NCBI GenBank assembly: GCA_040400605.1
Contig: JBBAPZ010000005.1
Span: 1-64,000, forward strand
Source of the DNA: Candidatus Sericytochromatia bacterium
GTDB lineage: Bacteria; Cyanobacteriota; Sericytochromatia; S15B-MN24; JAQBPE01
Direction: 5' to 3'
Length of the DNA stretch: 64,000 bases
In this document: positions 1-9,680 of the stretch, one piece after another
How the letters are laid out: every line of letters starts with the position of its first letter
Position numbering within the stretch: position 1 is the stretch's first letter
Translations under genes and position numbers: made by a program
Notes under the pieces: generated by a model
What the model was told of the DNA's origin: nothing
What the model saw: only the letters and a program-made list of their open reading frames with translations
Database searches by the model: none

Positions 1-54
1 CCCCTGCTCCCCTTTTAAGAGGGTAGAGCGAGGGGCTTTCGTGTTTTTGTGTTT
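1..54 (+). terminator. Probable intrinsic terminator of a gene upstream of the window
   Basis: Imperfect GC-rich stem (cccctgctcccctttt / aagagggtagagcgagggg) followed by T-rich tracts. Confidence 0.45.
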
Positions 55-80
55 GTTGGATTGATGGTTTCGCTGGTTAT

Positions 81-121
81 CCATCAGATTGACCGATTGT
101 TCGTTAATTGCGCGTTGTTAC
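81..121 (+). promoter_or_regulatory. 41-bp conserved element, copy 1, upstream of the pilin cluster
   Basis: 34/41 ungapped identity to the reverse complement of 39124-39164 (manual count). Confidence 0.7.
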
Positions 122-304
122 ACTGCCGCAAGCATCACCCGGGATCAATCTTGTTGTTATCACGTGTTGGCCTGGTGTTTGTGGTCTGGTCACTGAAATA
201 GTGATTCTTTCGTTGGTTTGGTGTTTAAGACGATAAGATGCTGGGAATTCTACCAATGGGCTGCTTGGTTTGAATGGTTTCGAAGACATAAACGAGGTGA
301 CATT

Positions 305-1324
305 TTGAGGCGTGCGCGACTTGGCTTCAGTTTGGTTGAGGTTTTGATCGCATCGGCTGTCATTTCTTCAGCATTGTTGGCCGTCCTCGGTGCGGTATCC
401 GTTATTTTTAAGTCCTCGCGCAACACAGGTATTGTCATGACCGCGGCGCTTTTGGCATCTGAACGCCTTGATTATTTTCAAGGGCAGACGAATCCCTACT
501 TGGCTGCTGGTGGCACGTGGTATCCCGCCCCGTTCAGGCGTAATGAACTGGATATGAACCAGGTTCAGGCTTTGCATAACCGCTTTCAGCTGCCAGCGAA
601 CGAGACACCTTATTTGTTTGTGCGTGAATGGCTGTATGATACGACAGAAAAGCGTTACTCAGACAACAGTGCGATGCCGGATCAAGGGCGGCGAGGTCAA
701 GCTGGGCGATCAACCGGCGCTGCTGTCAATGTCATTCCTCCCACGCCCGTTCGTTTTCCTGCGCCTCCGGATCCTAACTCGCGCCCGGTGAGCGGTGTAT
801 TTCCAAATTTGAACAATCCGCCTAATTTAGAGGATGTCTCAGTGCCCAATAACTGGGAAACCAACACTTATCGATTCATTCCAGCGCCAAGGGCCAATGC
901 TGTGGATCCTTTCACAGGCGCAAACATTGGAAATGGGGCTGCCTTGCCACCTTCAATTCGGTATATGCGTGAGGTGTGGGTCCAAACCAATCAGCCGGAG
1001 ATGACAAATGCACCGTTGGGGTGTCCGTGGGCTGGCCTCACTGGGCCTACGGAATTTCCATTGGTGACTTACCCCGCTGGAAGTCTGTGGCGGCCGGCTG
1101 CCGTCGGTGCCAACAGCGTACCACCCTGGGTGGTAACGGTCACCGTCAGAGTCTTCGCGCGTGATTCGTTGTGTCGGACGTGGAATCGGAACGGTCCAGT
1201 GCTGGATGGCTCGTCGCCAGCGACGGCTTACACGCCTGCCAATCGGGTCAACAGCATCGGTTACGATCCCAGACGTCCTCTGGCTGTGGTAACGGGTTAT
1301 TTTGGTTTACGGCGAACGATGTGA
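305..1324 (+). CDS. Type IV minor pilin/pseudopilin-like protein (PilV-like)
   Basis: Class III signal RRARLG|FSLVEVLI with Glu5 and hydrophobic helix. Start moved from 218 to TTG 305, which follows a GAGGTG RBS. Confidence 0.8.
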   Translation: MRRARLGFSLVEVLIASAVISSALLAVLGAVSVIFKSSRNTGIVMTAALLASERLDYFQGQTNPYLAAGGTWYPAPFRRNELDMNQVQALHNRFQLPANETPYLFVREWLYDTTEKRYSDNSAMPDQGRRGQAGRSTGAAVNVIPPTPVRFPAPPDPNSRPVSGVFPNLNNPPNLEDVSVPNNWETNTYRFIPAPRANAVDPFTGANIGNGAALPPSIRYMREVWVQTNQPEMTNAPLGCPWAGLTGPTEFPLVTYPAGSLWRPAAVGANSVPPWVVTVTVRVFARDSLCRTWNRNGPVLDGSSPATAYTPANRVNSIGYDPRRPLAVVTGYFGLRRTM

Positions 1325-1412
1325 GGAAGCGACCAGCGATGCAGTTTGACACACCGATGGAGCCGTCGGCCGATATTCCATTGAGTTTGACGCTTATGGA
1401 CAGGGATGTATT

Positions 1413-3032
1413 GTGATGCGTGTTTCAGCATCTGTTTTTGGGCGCCGGCGTAATTCAGAACAACCACGCGGCCGGTTTGGTCGTAGTGACAGGCGTGGTA
1501 TGACGCTGATTGAGATTTTGATTTCCACGGCTTTGGTCGGGGGGGTTATGGCGATTTCTTTTAAAGGGTTTGATGAGATTCGTGGGGTGACCGAGCGAAC
1601 CAAGTCTCAGGTTACTGCACAACATGAGGCTACCCAGGCGGTAAAGGAGTTGTCCCGTATTTTGAAACGCTCGCATGTCATTTATTATGATGCTCGGCCG
1701 TTGGGGGACGCTGGCTTCTTGTTGAACACGGTCGGTAGTGTAAACGCTGCGGCGAATGCCGGCCTGACAGTAATGGGATATCGTGCCAATGGCAGTCTGG
1801 TGAATGTTCCAGAGGTTTTGCGGTTTGGCGCGCCAACGGGGAGCGTGTTTTATCCCAGTACGAATGGTCCCCATAACGCGGCATTTGACGGAACATATCA
1901 GGCGGTGGACCGTCGAGATTTTCGTTTTTTGACCGTTGCCACGGACACAGTCGGGGGCTTTAATCGTTTCGCGGGGACGACGCGCTTTCCGTTGAGGCAG
2001 GCGGATCAGACCTCCCTTCCCATGGGTGCTACCGCAGCCTTGGGTTCAGATCGGGTGTTTTCGAACCCGTTGCTGTATTGTGCGGAAGCCACGTTCAACA
2101 CCAATACGCCAGCGGGGGGTGGGCAGGTTCAGTTGGATAGTGGTTTGCCGGTGACGTGGACCTTCCGTTTGGTTTATCTGGCGCCAATGCGCTTCAACCC
2201 TGCCGAGCCACGTGATGTGGGTGACGGACTGTTGCCCCTGCGGGAGCCAAATGCACCGGGCGATCGTCGTGACCGGATTCAAAATGGCGTGGCCAATGGC
2301 ATCTATCGCAGCAATCTACCCTTGGAATTGCGGTTGATGACAATTCCCGACGTGCGGGCAGTTGTCAATGCACTAGCACCTCCCAACTTTACGAACTCAA
2401 ATTATTTCATTTGGGGACGCAGGGCCGATTTGCAGAGTATTTATCCTTTTCCGATGGATGTTCGAAACGGCCGCGTCAATTATGACCCGGTGGCACTTGA
2501 TATGGCTGCCCAGAGTTTAGACGCCGAGTCGACCGGGCAACGTATCTTGAACGCTGCGGGGACACTGATGGCGGGTGTTACAGCGGCTAGCGGTTCACGG
2601 GTTCGTCTCAGTCCACCCCATCCGAATTTTGGTTATATTGGCAATGATCCGCCAAGTCAAGATGCGTTGAACTACAGGGGGGAGTGGACGGGCGACGGGT
2701 TTGGGCCGGCAAGGGCGATCACGGATGTGGTACTCGCACGCTACGTTGACCCTGATAGTGTCGGTGGGACGTGTGTTCGTCTTGCCAATGGCAATCGTGC
2801 CTTGGGTATTCCGGCTGTCGTGCCGGGCAGCGATCGCAATTATGTCAACGCATACGCAGGGCCTCAGCGTTGGCGGCCAGGGTTGCAGTTGCCCAAGAAA
2901 GCCCTTGTGAGCGTGGTGACACGTTATCGGACAGCGCGGCGAATTCCATTCTCGTTTGGGTCGGAGAGTATCGAGGTTGAGTTGACGGCGATGAATCGTT
3001 ATCACGTGGTCGATCGGTTGCGGCGCAATTAG
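1413..3032 (+). CDS. Large type IV minor pilin-like protein (PilW-like)
   Basis: DRRG|MTLIEILIS prepilin motif, then a ~500-aa unrecognised domain. Confidence 0.8.
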   Translation: MMRVSASVFGRRRNSEQPRGRFGRSDRRGMTLIEILISTALVGGVMAISFKGFDEIRGVTERTKSQVTAQHEATQAVKELSRILKRSHVIYYDARPLGDAGFLLNTVGSVNAAANAGLTVMGYRANGSLVNVPEVLRFGAPTGSVFYPSTNGPHNAAFDGTYQAVDRRDFRFLTVATDTVGGFNRFAGTTRFPLRQADQTSLPMGATAALGSDRVFSNPLLYCAEATFNTNTPAGGGQVQLDSGLPVTWTFRLVYLAPMRFNPAEPRDVGDGLLPLREPNAPGDRRDRIQNGVANGIYRSNLPLELRLMTIPDVRAVVNALAPPNFTNSNYFIWGRRADLQSIYPFPMDVRNGRVNYDPVALDMAAQSLDAESTGQRILNAAGTLMAGVTAASGSRVRLSPPHPNFGYIGNDPPSQDALNYRGEWTGDGFGPARAITDVVLARYVDPDSVGGTCVRLANGNRALGIPAVVPGSDRNYVNAYAGPQRWRPGLQLPKKALVSVVTRYRTARRIPFSFGSESIEVELTAMNRYHVVDRLRRN

Positions 3033-3047
3033 GCAGGAGGCTGACAA

Positions 3048-5975
3048 ATGATGCAAAGGCGGGGGTCGATTCTCATCTCGTCGATGGGCATGATCGGTCT
3101 GTTTATGGCAGCGATTATGGGCGCTATGGCCTATGTGGGTAATCGTAACGCTGGTGCCGATAACGACAAATTCAGGTTACTCGCCGAACAGGCCGCCAAG
3201 ACAGGCATGGAGTTCGTTTTGGGATGGGCTGAGGCTTCCATTGACAAAGAAACGCGGCTACCTCGGTCGTGGGATAATATGAACGATGGTCAGGTCCTTG
3301 ATCCCGTGGCTCAGCATGCAGCGGCAGGTGTAACCACCTTTGAACGGGTGCGGGGTGTAACCACTGCCGGCGTCGGAGGCATTTTGGGACCAAACAGCGT
3401 GAGTGAATATGTTTTGGGCTCGGTGCGTGATTCGAATGGCAACGCCGCTTACGTGGTGTCTTTTAAAGCGCGTGTTCAGCAGTTTCGTGTTTCGGAGGAT
3501 ATGCCCAGACAATTCAAGGTGGGCGTGGTTGGTCGGGTGCGCAAGGCAGGTCAAAATGATCCGGCCGTGGATGGCAATGAACAGGGGACTATCGTTGCCG
3601 AACGTGTGGTGTTGAGTTACGTCGGGAAAGAACCGGTGACGCGGTATGCGGCGTTGATTGATACGGACCAGGTGCGTAATTGGGTTCCCGGGGAGGTGAT
3701 CGACGGCCCCGTTCATATTAACCGGGGTTATGTGGATTTGCAGGCACCGTCTCAGGGTTCTGGTTATCGCAACCAGAATGTCGCAATCGGGAACGGCACG
3801 TTCATAGATTCGCAGGTGTCAACCAAGATGCGCAGTGCGATGATGCTCTATGTGTCAGGCAGCAGTTATAAAGCGGGCAATCCGGGCTTCACGCTGACAG
3901 ACAAAGCCACTGGCAATGCGCAGAGTATCAACGTGACGGGATATCCGGTGTTTAAAGACGTCGTGTCCGTCACCGAAATGGGTGACGGCTCTGGTCCGCT
4001 GAACGATGATCCTGATTTAAATAGTCCGCCGTGGGCAGTGATGATTAACGGTCAACAATATTTCGATGGTGAGCATCCCGCTATGGCGGTTGCCAATTCG
4101 ATTTTCACGGCACCTGAGAATCAGAACGTCACGCGTTATGGGGCTGCAGGCATCGCTGGTCCGGTTGTGCGTCGGCAGCCGGTAGAATTGCCGCGCTCGG
4201 TGCGTAATCGTCTGTTGTCGGCGATGGGGGCACCCATGGGCGCCAATCCGAACATTTCGTTTTTGCTCGACGAGCGTGCCTCAACCGCTCATCCCTATGT
4301 TGATGCTGCTGGGGGTTTGAGAGACGGTGTGTATGTACCCACGGAGCGTTTCTGGATGAGTGGTCAGACGGGTGCTTACCAGAACGCGACGGCGCCCCAG
4401 AATATTTCGGGCAACAATACGAATTTTGCGGCTGGGGGGATTTACATTCGCGGCACGGTGGAGCTGATGCGCTTTGGCCTCGAAGGAAAGTACGCCATTT
4501 ACTTGTTCCGCTTGGGCCGTGGCGTTGGTGGTGGTACCGGGGCAGGGCAGCCACGCAGTTTTTGCTGCGACTATGCGTTGGTGGTGAATCGTTCCGTGGA
4601 TGTCACTGATCCTACGGCCGGCTTTGTATGGTTGCGTAATTTGGGACCGGATGGTTTGGATACGGCTGGGCCGGGTCAGACGGGTGCAGCATTGTTGCCG
4701 ACCGGCAAAGGGACCAAAGGTGGCCCTAAAAATAATTCCAAGACTAATCTTGTGACCAATCTGTTGGGTGGTTCGATTCCCGTCAACTCAAACACTGCTG
4801 GTCAGAATATGGAGTCATTCAGGCAAAAAGGCGGCGTTCCGGGAGCGATTGCGGTTTTGGGCCCGGGGCCGGGACGGCGATTCCCATTCAATGGCGTCAT
4901 TTTTGTCGATGCTTCATTTAATGATTCCACGCGTTGGCAGCCGGGCACCTTGCCGTTGACAGGGCATATCTTGGCCTTGGGTGATACGGGCACGGAGAAG
5001 GGTCGGAATCGCAAGGCGGCTATCAACGGGTGTGATGACGAGTTGTATAGCACGTGTCAGTTTGAAGATGCGTCCAAGGTGAATGTTAACGATCTGCCCG
5101 GGGGCATCGGGCAGATGTCTGTTTCGACGCCGGCCAGTCGTTTGTCCATTCAGTGTGTGGGTAATGTTTTCATTCAGAATGATTTGATAGCGGCGTCCAT
5201 TCGGCATTTTCAACCATACGTGAAGGAGGACCCCATCAAGCCAGCGCTTCCTCAGACCAAGGATCTGTTGGGCATCGTGTCGGATCGGCAGATATTGGTG
5301 GGTTTAATGGCTGGTCGAAATCAAAACAAGCGGGCGGAGGTTGATTTGGAGATTCATGGTTCGTTGGCTGCCTTGGGTGACCCTTCGCAGCCTTACGATG
5401 CGACCACGACCTGGCCAGCGAGTGTGAAGGTTGATCACCAAGCCTATTCAGGCTCGGTTGGTACCGAAGGTTTGATGATGTATTACAACGTGGTCGAGAA
5501 CTATAACATTTTTTATGACGCGCCAGGCGGCGGTGCGCCGACCAACGATCCGGATATCACACCAGACGTGGCCGGGGTCTATGCAGAGCAGACAGACCAA
5601 AAGTCACAATTTGGCTATCCGGCGAATCCCATTTATGAGGCGTACGGTCTGACTGATGTGACACCCGTGAACAAGAATCCGAACGGAAAGGTGCGGGGCA
5701 ATTTCCGGGTGTTTGGTTCGGTGACGCAGAAGCGACGGGGTATTGTTGGGCGCGGTGATTTATCTTATGACAAGGATTTCGTGTTTGATCGCCGCTTGCT
5801 GACTTTGGCGCCGCCCATTTTCCCGGCGTCGACGAATATGGTTGTGCGTTCTCAGAGTCCCTTTGCGCCGGATCCCCTTGACCCCAACAAGCGGCTGTAT
5901 TATCGCGGGGGGATGGCACCGGCTGCAAATACCACCGATTCGCTCGCATTTTTGTTTCAGGTGGGTATTAACTGA
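3048..5975 (+). CDS. Very large PilX/GspK-like minor pilin, possible tip adhesin
   Basis: QRRG|SILISS hydrophobic N-terminus lacking Glu5; AEQAAKTG PilX-type helix; C-terminal FDRRL..LAPPIFP motif; AGGAGG RBS. Confidence 0.7.
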   Translation: MMQRRGSILISSMGMIGLFMAAIMGAMAYVGNRNAGADNDKFRLLAEQAAKTGMEFVLGWAEASIDKETRLPRSWDNMNDGQVLDPVAQHAAAGVTTFERVRGVTTAGVGGILGPNSVSEYVLGSVRDSNGNAAYVVSFKARVQQFRVSEDMPRQFKVGVVGRVRKAGQNDPAVDGNEQGTIVAERVVLSYVGKEPVTRYAALIDTDQVRNWVPGEVIDGPVHINRGYVDLQAPSQGSGYRNQNVAIGNGTFIDSQVSTKMRSAMMLYVSGSSYKAGNPGFTLTDKATGNAQSINVTGYPVFKDVVSVTEMGDGSGPLNDDPDLNSPPWAVMINGQQYFDGEHPAMAVANSIFTAPENQNVTRYGAAGIAGPVVRRQPVELPRSVRNRLLSAMGAPMGANPNISFLLDERASTAHPYVDAAGGLRDGVYVPTERFWMSGQTGAYQNATAPQNISGNNTNFAAGGIYIRGTVELMRFGLEGKYAIYLFRLGRGVGGGTGAGQPRSFCCDYALVVNRSVDVTDPTAGFVWLRNLGPDGLDTAGPGQTGAALLPTGKGTKGGPKNNSKTNLVTNLLGGSIPVNSNTAGQNMESFRQKGGVPGAIAVLGPGPGRRFPFNGVIFVDASFNDSTRWQPGTLPLTGHILALGDTGTEKGRNRKAAINGCDDELYSTCQFEDASKVNVNDLPGGIGQMSVSTPASRLSIQCVGNVFIQNDLIAASIRHFQPYVKEDPIKPALPQTKDLLGIVSDRQILVGLMAGRNQNKRAEVDLEIHGSLAALGDPSQPYDATTTWPASVKVDHQAYSGSVGTEGLMMYYNVVENYNIFYDAPGGGAPTNDPDITPDVAGVYAEQTDQKSQFGYPANPIYEAYGLTDVTPVNKNPNGKVRGNFRVFGSVTQKRRGIVGRGDLSYDKDFVFDRRLLTLAPPIFPASTNMVVRSQSPFAPDPLDPNKRLYYRGGMAPAANTTDSLAFLFQVGIN

Positions 5976-6151
5976 TTCGGGTTTGACGCTTGGAGTCGAT
6001 GCACACGGGCTATGATTGTTGGCCTGTGTGTTTCGTTTGTTTGGGTGGCGCATCCAATGGCTGGCATGTCGTGGATGAGCGGAGTCAGCGTTGATATCGG
6101 GAACCGGTGAGTGGCCCTTGGCGTGATGCGTGTTCTTCAGAAGCGTTATGT

Positions 6152-6181
6152 TTGACACTGCGCTTGCGCACAGCCTATAGT
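6152..6181 (+). promoter_or_regulatory. Sigma70-type promoter for the actin-like gene
   Basis: TTGACA-N18-TATAGT. Confidence 0.65.
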
Positions 6182-6198
6182 AATGGCTCTGGTAGCGA

Positions 6199-7443
6199 TT
6201 GATGCGGGTCGATGTTGAATGGGAATCAAGCAAGATGAGTGACGCGGTTGCGGAGACGGTACAACTCACGCGGATGCTGCCTGATGGGATGGCGGGGCGT
6301 GCATTTCGCTTGTCGGCGGCCAAGACGGGCGAGGCGGTTCGTTCTGAATCGGTTGATTATCGCGGGCATGATAGCGTGACACCGGTTTTGGGTGATTCTG
6401 CGCGAAAGGTTGTGGCCGGGTCCGAACCGTGTCAGGTCGGGATTGATCTTGGCCGTTCTGAGACCCGCGTTTATGATGGCACGACGTTGGTGACTTTTCC
6501 GAGTCTTGTTGGCGGTCCGGTTGCGACGATTCGTCGTGGCTCCGTTCGGATCATTGATGACAATTTGGAGCAAAACTTGCAGGTCAAGGTGGAAGGTCAG
6601 ATTTACTCGCTCGGACGCTTTGCCTTGGAGCAGCCTTTTTTGTTTCCGGTCAACGATGAAAATATTTTTGAGAGCGACTTGAACAGGGCGTTGTTTCTCG
6701 GTGCGTTGGGATTGTTAACCAGGCGGCGGCAGGTACAGGGTGTTCCGCGTTATAAGGTTTGTCTGGGGGTGCCGGTTTATTTGAGCCGTCGTCCAGATTA
6801 TATTGAGCGTGCGCTGCATGCGTGGTTGGGGCGTCAGGAGTTTGAGTTTTGTGGCGAGCCGATGGTTTTTGAGATCGCGCAAATCGACGCAATCCCGCAG
6901 CCGGTTGGTGCGGTCTATGCTGGTATTTTGAGTGGTCAGATTGATTATAATCCTGAAAAGGCGATCGGCGTGATTGACCCCGGTCATTTGACAACGGATT
7001 GGGTGGTCGTGCGATTACCCAATGAGTTGACGCAGTATTCGGGGCATACGACAGCGGTTGGTGGTTTTCGTCTATATGAGGCGGTGGCTGCGTATTTGTC
7101 TGAGCAGATGGTGTCGCGCATCGATCCGAGTGCGTTGCAGGAGAGCATGGTGACGGGTGTTTACGAAGCCAACGGCAGTGACGCGATCAAGATTCCGGAT
7201 GCTTTACAGGATCAACTCAAGGAAATCATGGCGCAGCAGGTCGCGTTGACCGTCAAGCAGAGTTGGCGCGATTTGCGCATCCACCAGATGGTCTTGGTGG
7301 GTGGCTTTGGTCAGATGTTGTACCCGTTGTTGCGCAAGTATCCGTATTTTCGGGATCTTGAACTGGCAACGGATCCCCGTTATGTTAATGTCAAGGGTTT
7401 TTATGAGTACGCATTGGCGTCACCCGTGACAGTACATGCCTGA
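6199..7443 (+). CDS. ParM/StbA-family actin-like ATPase
   Basis: Actin-fold motifs: phosphate-1 GIDLGRSET, connect-1 IPQPVGA, phosphate-2 IDPGHLTTD, adenosine LVGGFG, connect-2 NVKGF. Start may be ATG 6235. Confidence 0.85.
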   Translation: MMRVDVEWESSKMSDAVAETVQLTRMLPDGMAGRAFRLSAAKTGEAVRSESVDYRGHDSVTPVLGDSARKVVAGSEPCQVGIDLGRSETRVYDGTTLVTFPSLVGGPVATIRRGSVRIIDDNLEQNLQVKVEGQIYSLGRFALEQPFLFPVNDENIFESDLNRALFLGALGLLTRRRQVQGVPRYKVCLGVPVYLSRRPDYIERALHAWLGRQEFEFCGEPMVFEIAQIDAIPQPVGAVYAGILSGQIDYNPEKAIGVIDPGHLTTDWVVVRLPNELTQYSGHTTAVGGFRLYEAVAAYLSEQMVSRIDPSALQESMVTGVYEANGSDAIKIPDALQDQLKEIMAQQVALTVKQSWRDLRIHQMVLVGGFGQMLYPLLRKYPYFRDLELATDPRYVNVKGFYEYALASPVTVHA

Positions 7444-7534
7444 GTGAGTGCGCTGGGATGAGGGCAGTTTGACGCCTTGGGACTGTCTATGTTGGCTTGA
7501 ACGAGTGGGTGCAAGGGTCGCCCTTGGGGTGTGA

Positions 7535-9004
7535 GTGGTGTTTGATTCGTTGCAGTCTCAGTTTGGAAAGTTGCTGGGCAAGGGTGTTGATGACGCGGGT
7601 AGTCCGATTACCGCGGAGCAACTCAGAGTGGTGTTGCAGTCAATTGAGTCGAAGTACAATAACGTCAAGACCGAGAACACTCAGTACAAGTCGACAATTG
7701 ATGAGCAGAGGCAGGTCATTGCCGAGTTGGAGCAGTCTTTGACTGTTGCCCGCACGACAGCCGAGCGGCAGGAGGGGGTGGCGTTGATACCCCAATTGCA
7801 GGCTGATCTGGATGAGGCGCGGCGTTATTTTGATGAGCAACAGGCGAAGATGTCTGCGCTTGAGTCGGATCGTTTGCAGTTGCAAAGCAAGTTGACTGTT
7901 CAGGACACGTTGATTGGGACCTTGCGTCAAGAGGTTGCCGAGTTGCGGGAGCGGCAGGCAGGGGGTGCGGCGCTGGATGAGTTGGCGCGGGTCAATGCCG
8001 AGTTATCGATTGTGCGTCAGGCTTTGCAGGCGAGTGAGTTGCGTTGTTTGGGGTTCAGTGAGCGAGCGGCGGAGGCCGATCTCCTCAACGAACGGGCAGA
8101 GCGCCTTGAGGCTCAGTTGCAGACGGTTCAGGCAGAGCTTCTCGAACTTGGTGGACGCCTTGAATCAGCGGAGCAAGCGTGTTTGGCTGCGGAGGCCGAA
8201 CGGGATGGGTTGCGCGTCAGGGTTGTGCCATTGATGGAGGAACTGGATGTTTTGAAAGGCGATCGCCAATGTCTGTTGGATGACCGGGAGTCTTTGTCTG
8301 AGCAACTGGATGCGGTGCGTGCCGAGGCGGATGCGCAGCGGACGGAGTTAACGGCATTGCGGGATGAGCTGAGTACGCTTGCGATGGACCGGGAAGAATT
8401 GTTGCATCAGGTCGGCCGTCAAGCTTCTGAGATTGAGCGCTTGCAGCTTCAGCAGACGGATGCAGGCCCGCAGGTGTTGGTGATTGCCGAGCTTGAATCA
8501 CGTTTATTGGCATCGCGTGAGGACTGTGAGCGTCTTGAGTCGGATAATCAGGCTTTGCGCGCGCGTTTGGAGGCTTTGGCGCAAGAGCCTGCGACGTTGA
8601 GCGCACGGGAGCGCACGGAATGGGAATTCAAGCTTAAAAAACTGACGCTGGAGTGTCAGGCTGCGCATGCGACGATTGCGGAGCTTCGTGTACATCGGGC
8701 GACGATTGAGCAACAGCAGACGGATTCAACCATGGCTGTTTCAGTGTTGCGACAGCAGGTGGAGGACGTGCGTCGGGACCGCAATATTTTGCGGGAGCGC
8801 TTGGCGCAGACGCGGCAGGAACAGGTGGTTCAGGAGCAGGTCAAAACGGAGCGCAGGGCGGCATTGAAGGGGTTGGCGCGCCTGCGTGAGGTTGGTGGAA
8901 TACCCAAAAAAGTGAATGCCGAAAAGTTGGCGGCCGAGGCGCAGCGGCGTGAAACGCTTGGTCAGTTGATCGGTCGTGGTGGCAATCCGGGTGAAAAAGG
9001 CTGA
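7535..9004 (+). CDS. Long coiled-coil protein with no catalytic motif
   Basis: E/Q/L/R/A heptad pattern over ~430 aa; no Walker motifs. Confidence 0.85.
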   Translation: MVFDSLQSQFGKLLGKGVDDAGSPITAEQLRVVLQSIESKYNNVKTENTQYKSTIDEQRQVIAELEQSLTVARTTAERQEGVALIPQLQADLDEARRYFDEQQAKMSALESDRLQLQSKLTVQDTLIGTLRQEVAELRERQAGGAALDELARVNAELSIVRQALQASELRCLGFSERAAEADLLNERAERLEAQLQTVQAELLELGGRLESAEQACLAAEAERDGLRVRVVPLMEELDVLKGDRQCLLDDRESLSEQLDAVRAEADAQRTELTALRDELSTLAMDREELLHQVGRQASEIERLQLQQTDAGPQVLVIAELESRLLASREDCERLESDNQALRARLEALAQEPATLSARERTEWEFKLKKLTLECQAAHATIAELRVHRATIEQQQTDSTMAVSVLRQQVEDVRRDRNILRERLAQTRQEQVVQEQVKTERRAALKGLARLREVGGIPKKVNAEKLAAEAQRRETLGQLIGRGGNPGEKG

Positions 9005-9010
9005 GCCACT

Positions 9011-9037
9011 TCAGTTTTTGTGTGACTGAACCGATAA
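9011..9037 (+). promoter_or_regulatory. Sigma28 (FliA/SigD)-type promoter for slt-flgF
   Basis: TCAG-N15-ACCGATAA versus consensus TAAA-N15-GCCGATAA. Confidence 0.55.
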
Positions 9038-9071
9038 GGTGCTAGGGGCCGTCGATGAGAAGGACGTTGAA

Positions 9072-9677
9072 TTGACCGGTTTATGTGAGGCATTGGCGTC
9101 AGTTGCACGGATTCAGGATCGTGTCGGTGCGATCGCTGCTGGTTTCGCGCGCGTTGGTCACGCCGATAGGGTTTTTGCGGAGGAATTGACCGCGCATGGG
9201 CAGGGTGCCTTTCCGGTCTTGCCGCAGGTTGCAGCATTGACGAACGGGAATGGTAGTACTGCAGTCACTGTCGGACCACGTGCGGCGCAGTGGCAGGGCG
9301 AGTTGGACAATGTCGCCCGACGCCACGATTTGGAACCTGGTTTGTTGCGAGCGGTTGTGATGGCTGAATCGGGCGGCAATCCGCGGGCACGCAGCCCGGT
9401 TGGTGCGTTGGGGTTGATGCAGTTGATGCCTGATACGGCGCGATCGTTAGGGGTGAAAAATCCGCTTGAACCCGCTGAAAATTTGGAGGGCGGTGCGCGG
9501 TATTTGTCAGGTTTGGTGGAGCGTTTTGGGTTAAAGCAAGGAATTGCGGCTTACAACGCTGGTCCGGGTGCAGTCGAACGGTATGGTGGTGTTCCGCCTT
9601 ATCCGGAGACGCAGGCTTATGTCAAACGGGTGTTGACGCTGTACGAGCAGGGACGTGATGGTGGGCCAGAGGAGTAA
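9072..9677 (+). CDS. Lytic transglycosylase (SLT domain), probably flagellar-associated
   Basis: Catalytic AES, GLMQLMP, AAYNAG and ETQAYV motifs. Likely TTG start at 9072 after GAAGGA (ORF track starts at 9039). Confidence 0.9.
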   Translation: MTGLCEALASVARIQDRVGAIAAGFARVGHADRVFAEELTAHGQGAFPVLPQVAALTNGNGSTAVTVGPRAAQWQGELDNVARRHDLEPGLLRAVVMAESGGNPRARSPVGALGLMQLMPDTARSLGVKNPLEPAENLEGGARYLSGLVERFGLKQGIAAYNAGPGAVERYGGVPPYPETQAYVKRVLTLYEQGRDGGPEE

Positions 9678-9680
9678 GTC

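Noticed and set aside
6199..7443. Integrated plasmid or prophage around the ParM-like gene
   Set aside because: No integrase, rep, att repeats or visible compositional break; flanked by pilin and flagellar genes
7535..9004. SMC-family assignment
   Set aside because: No Walker A/B, signature motif or hinge
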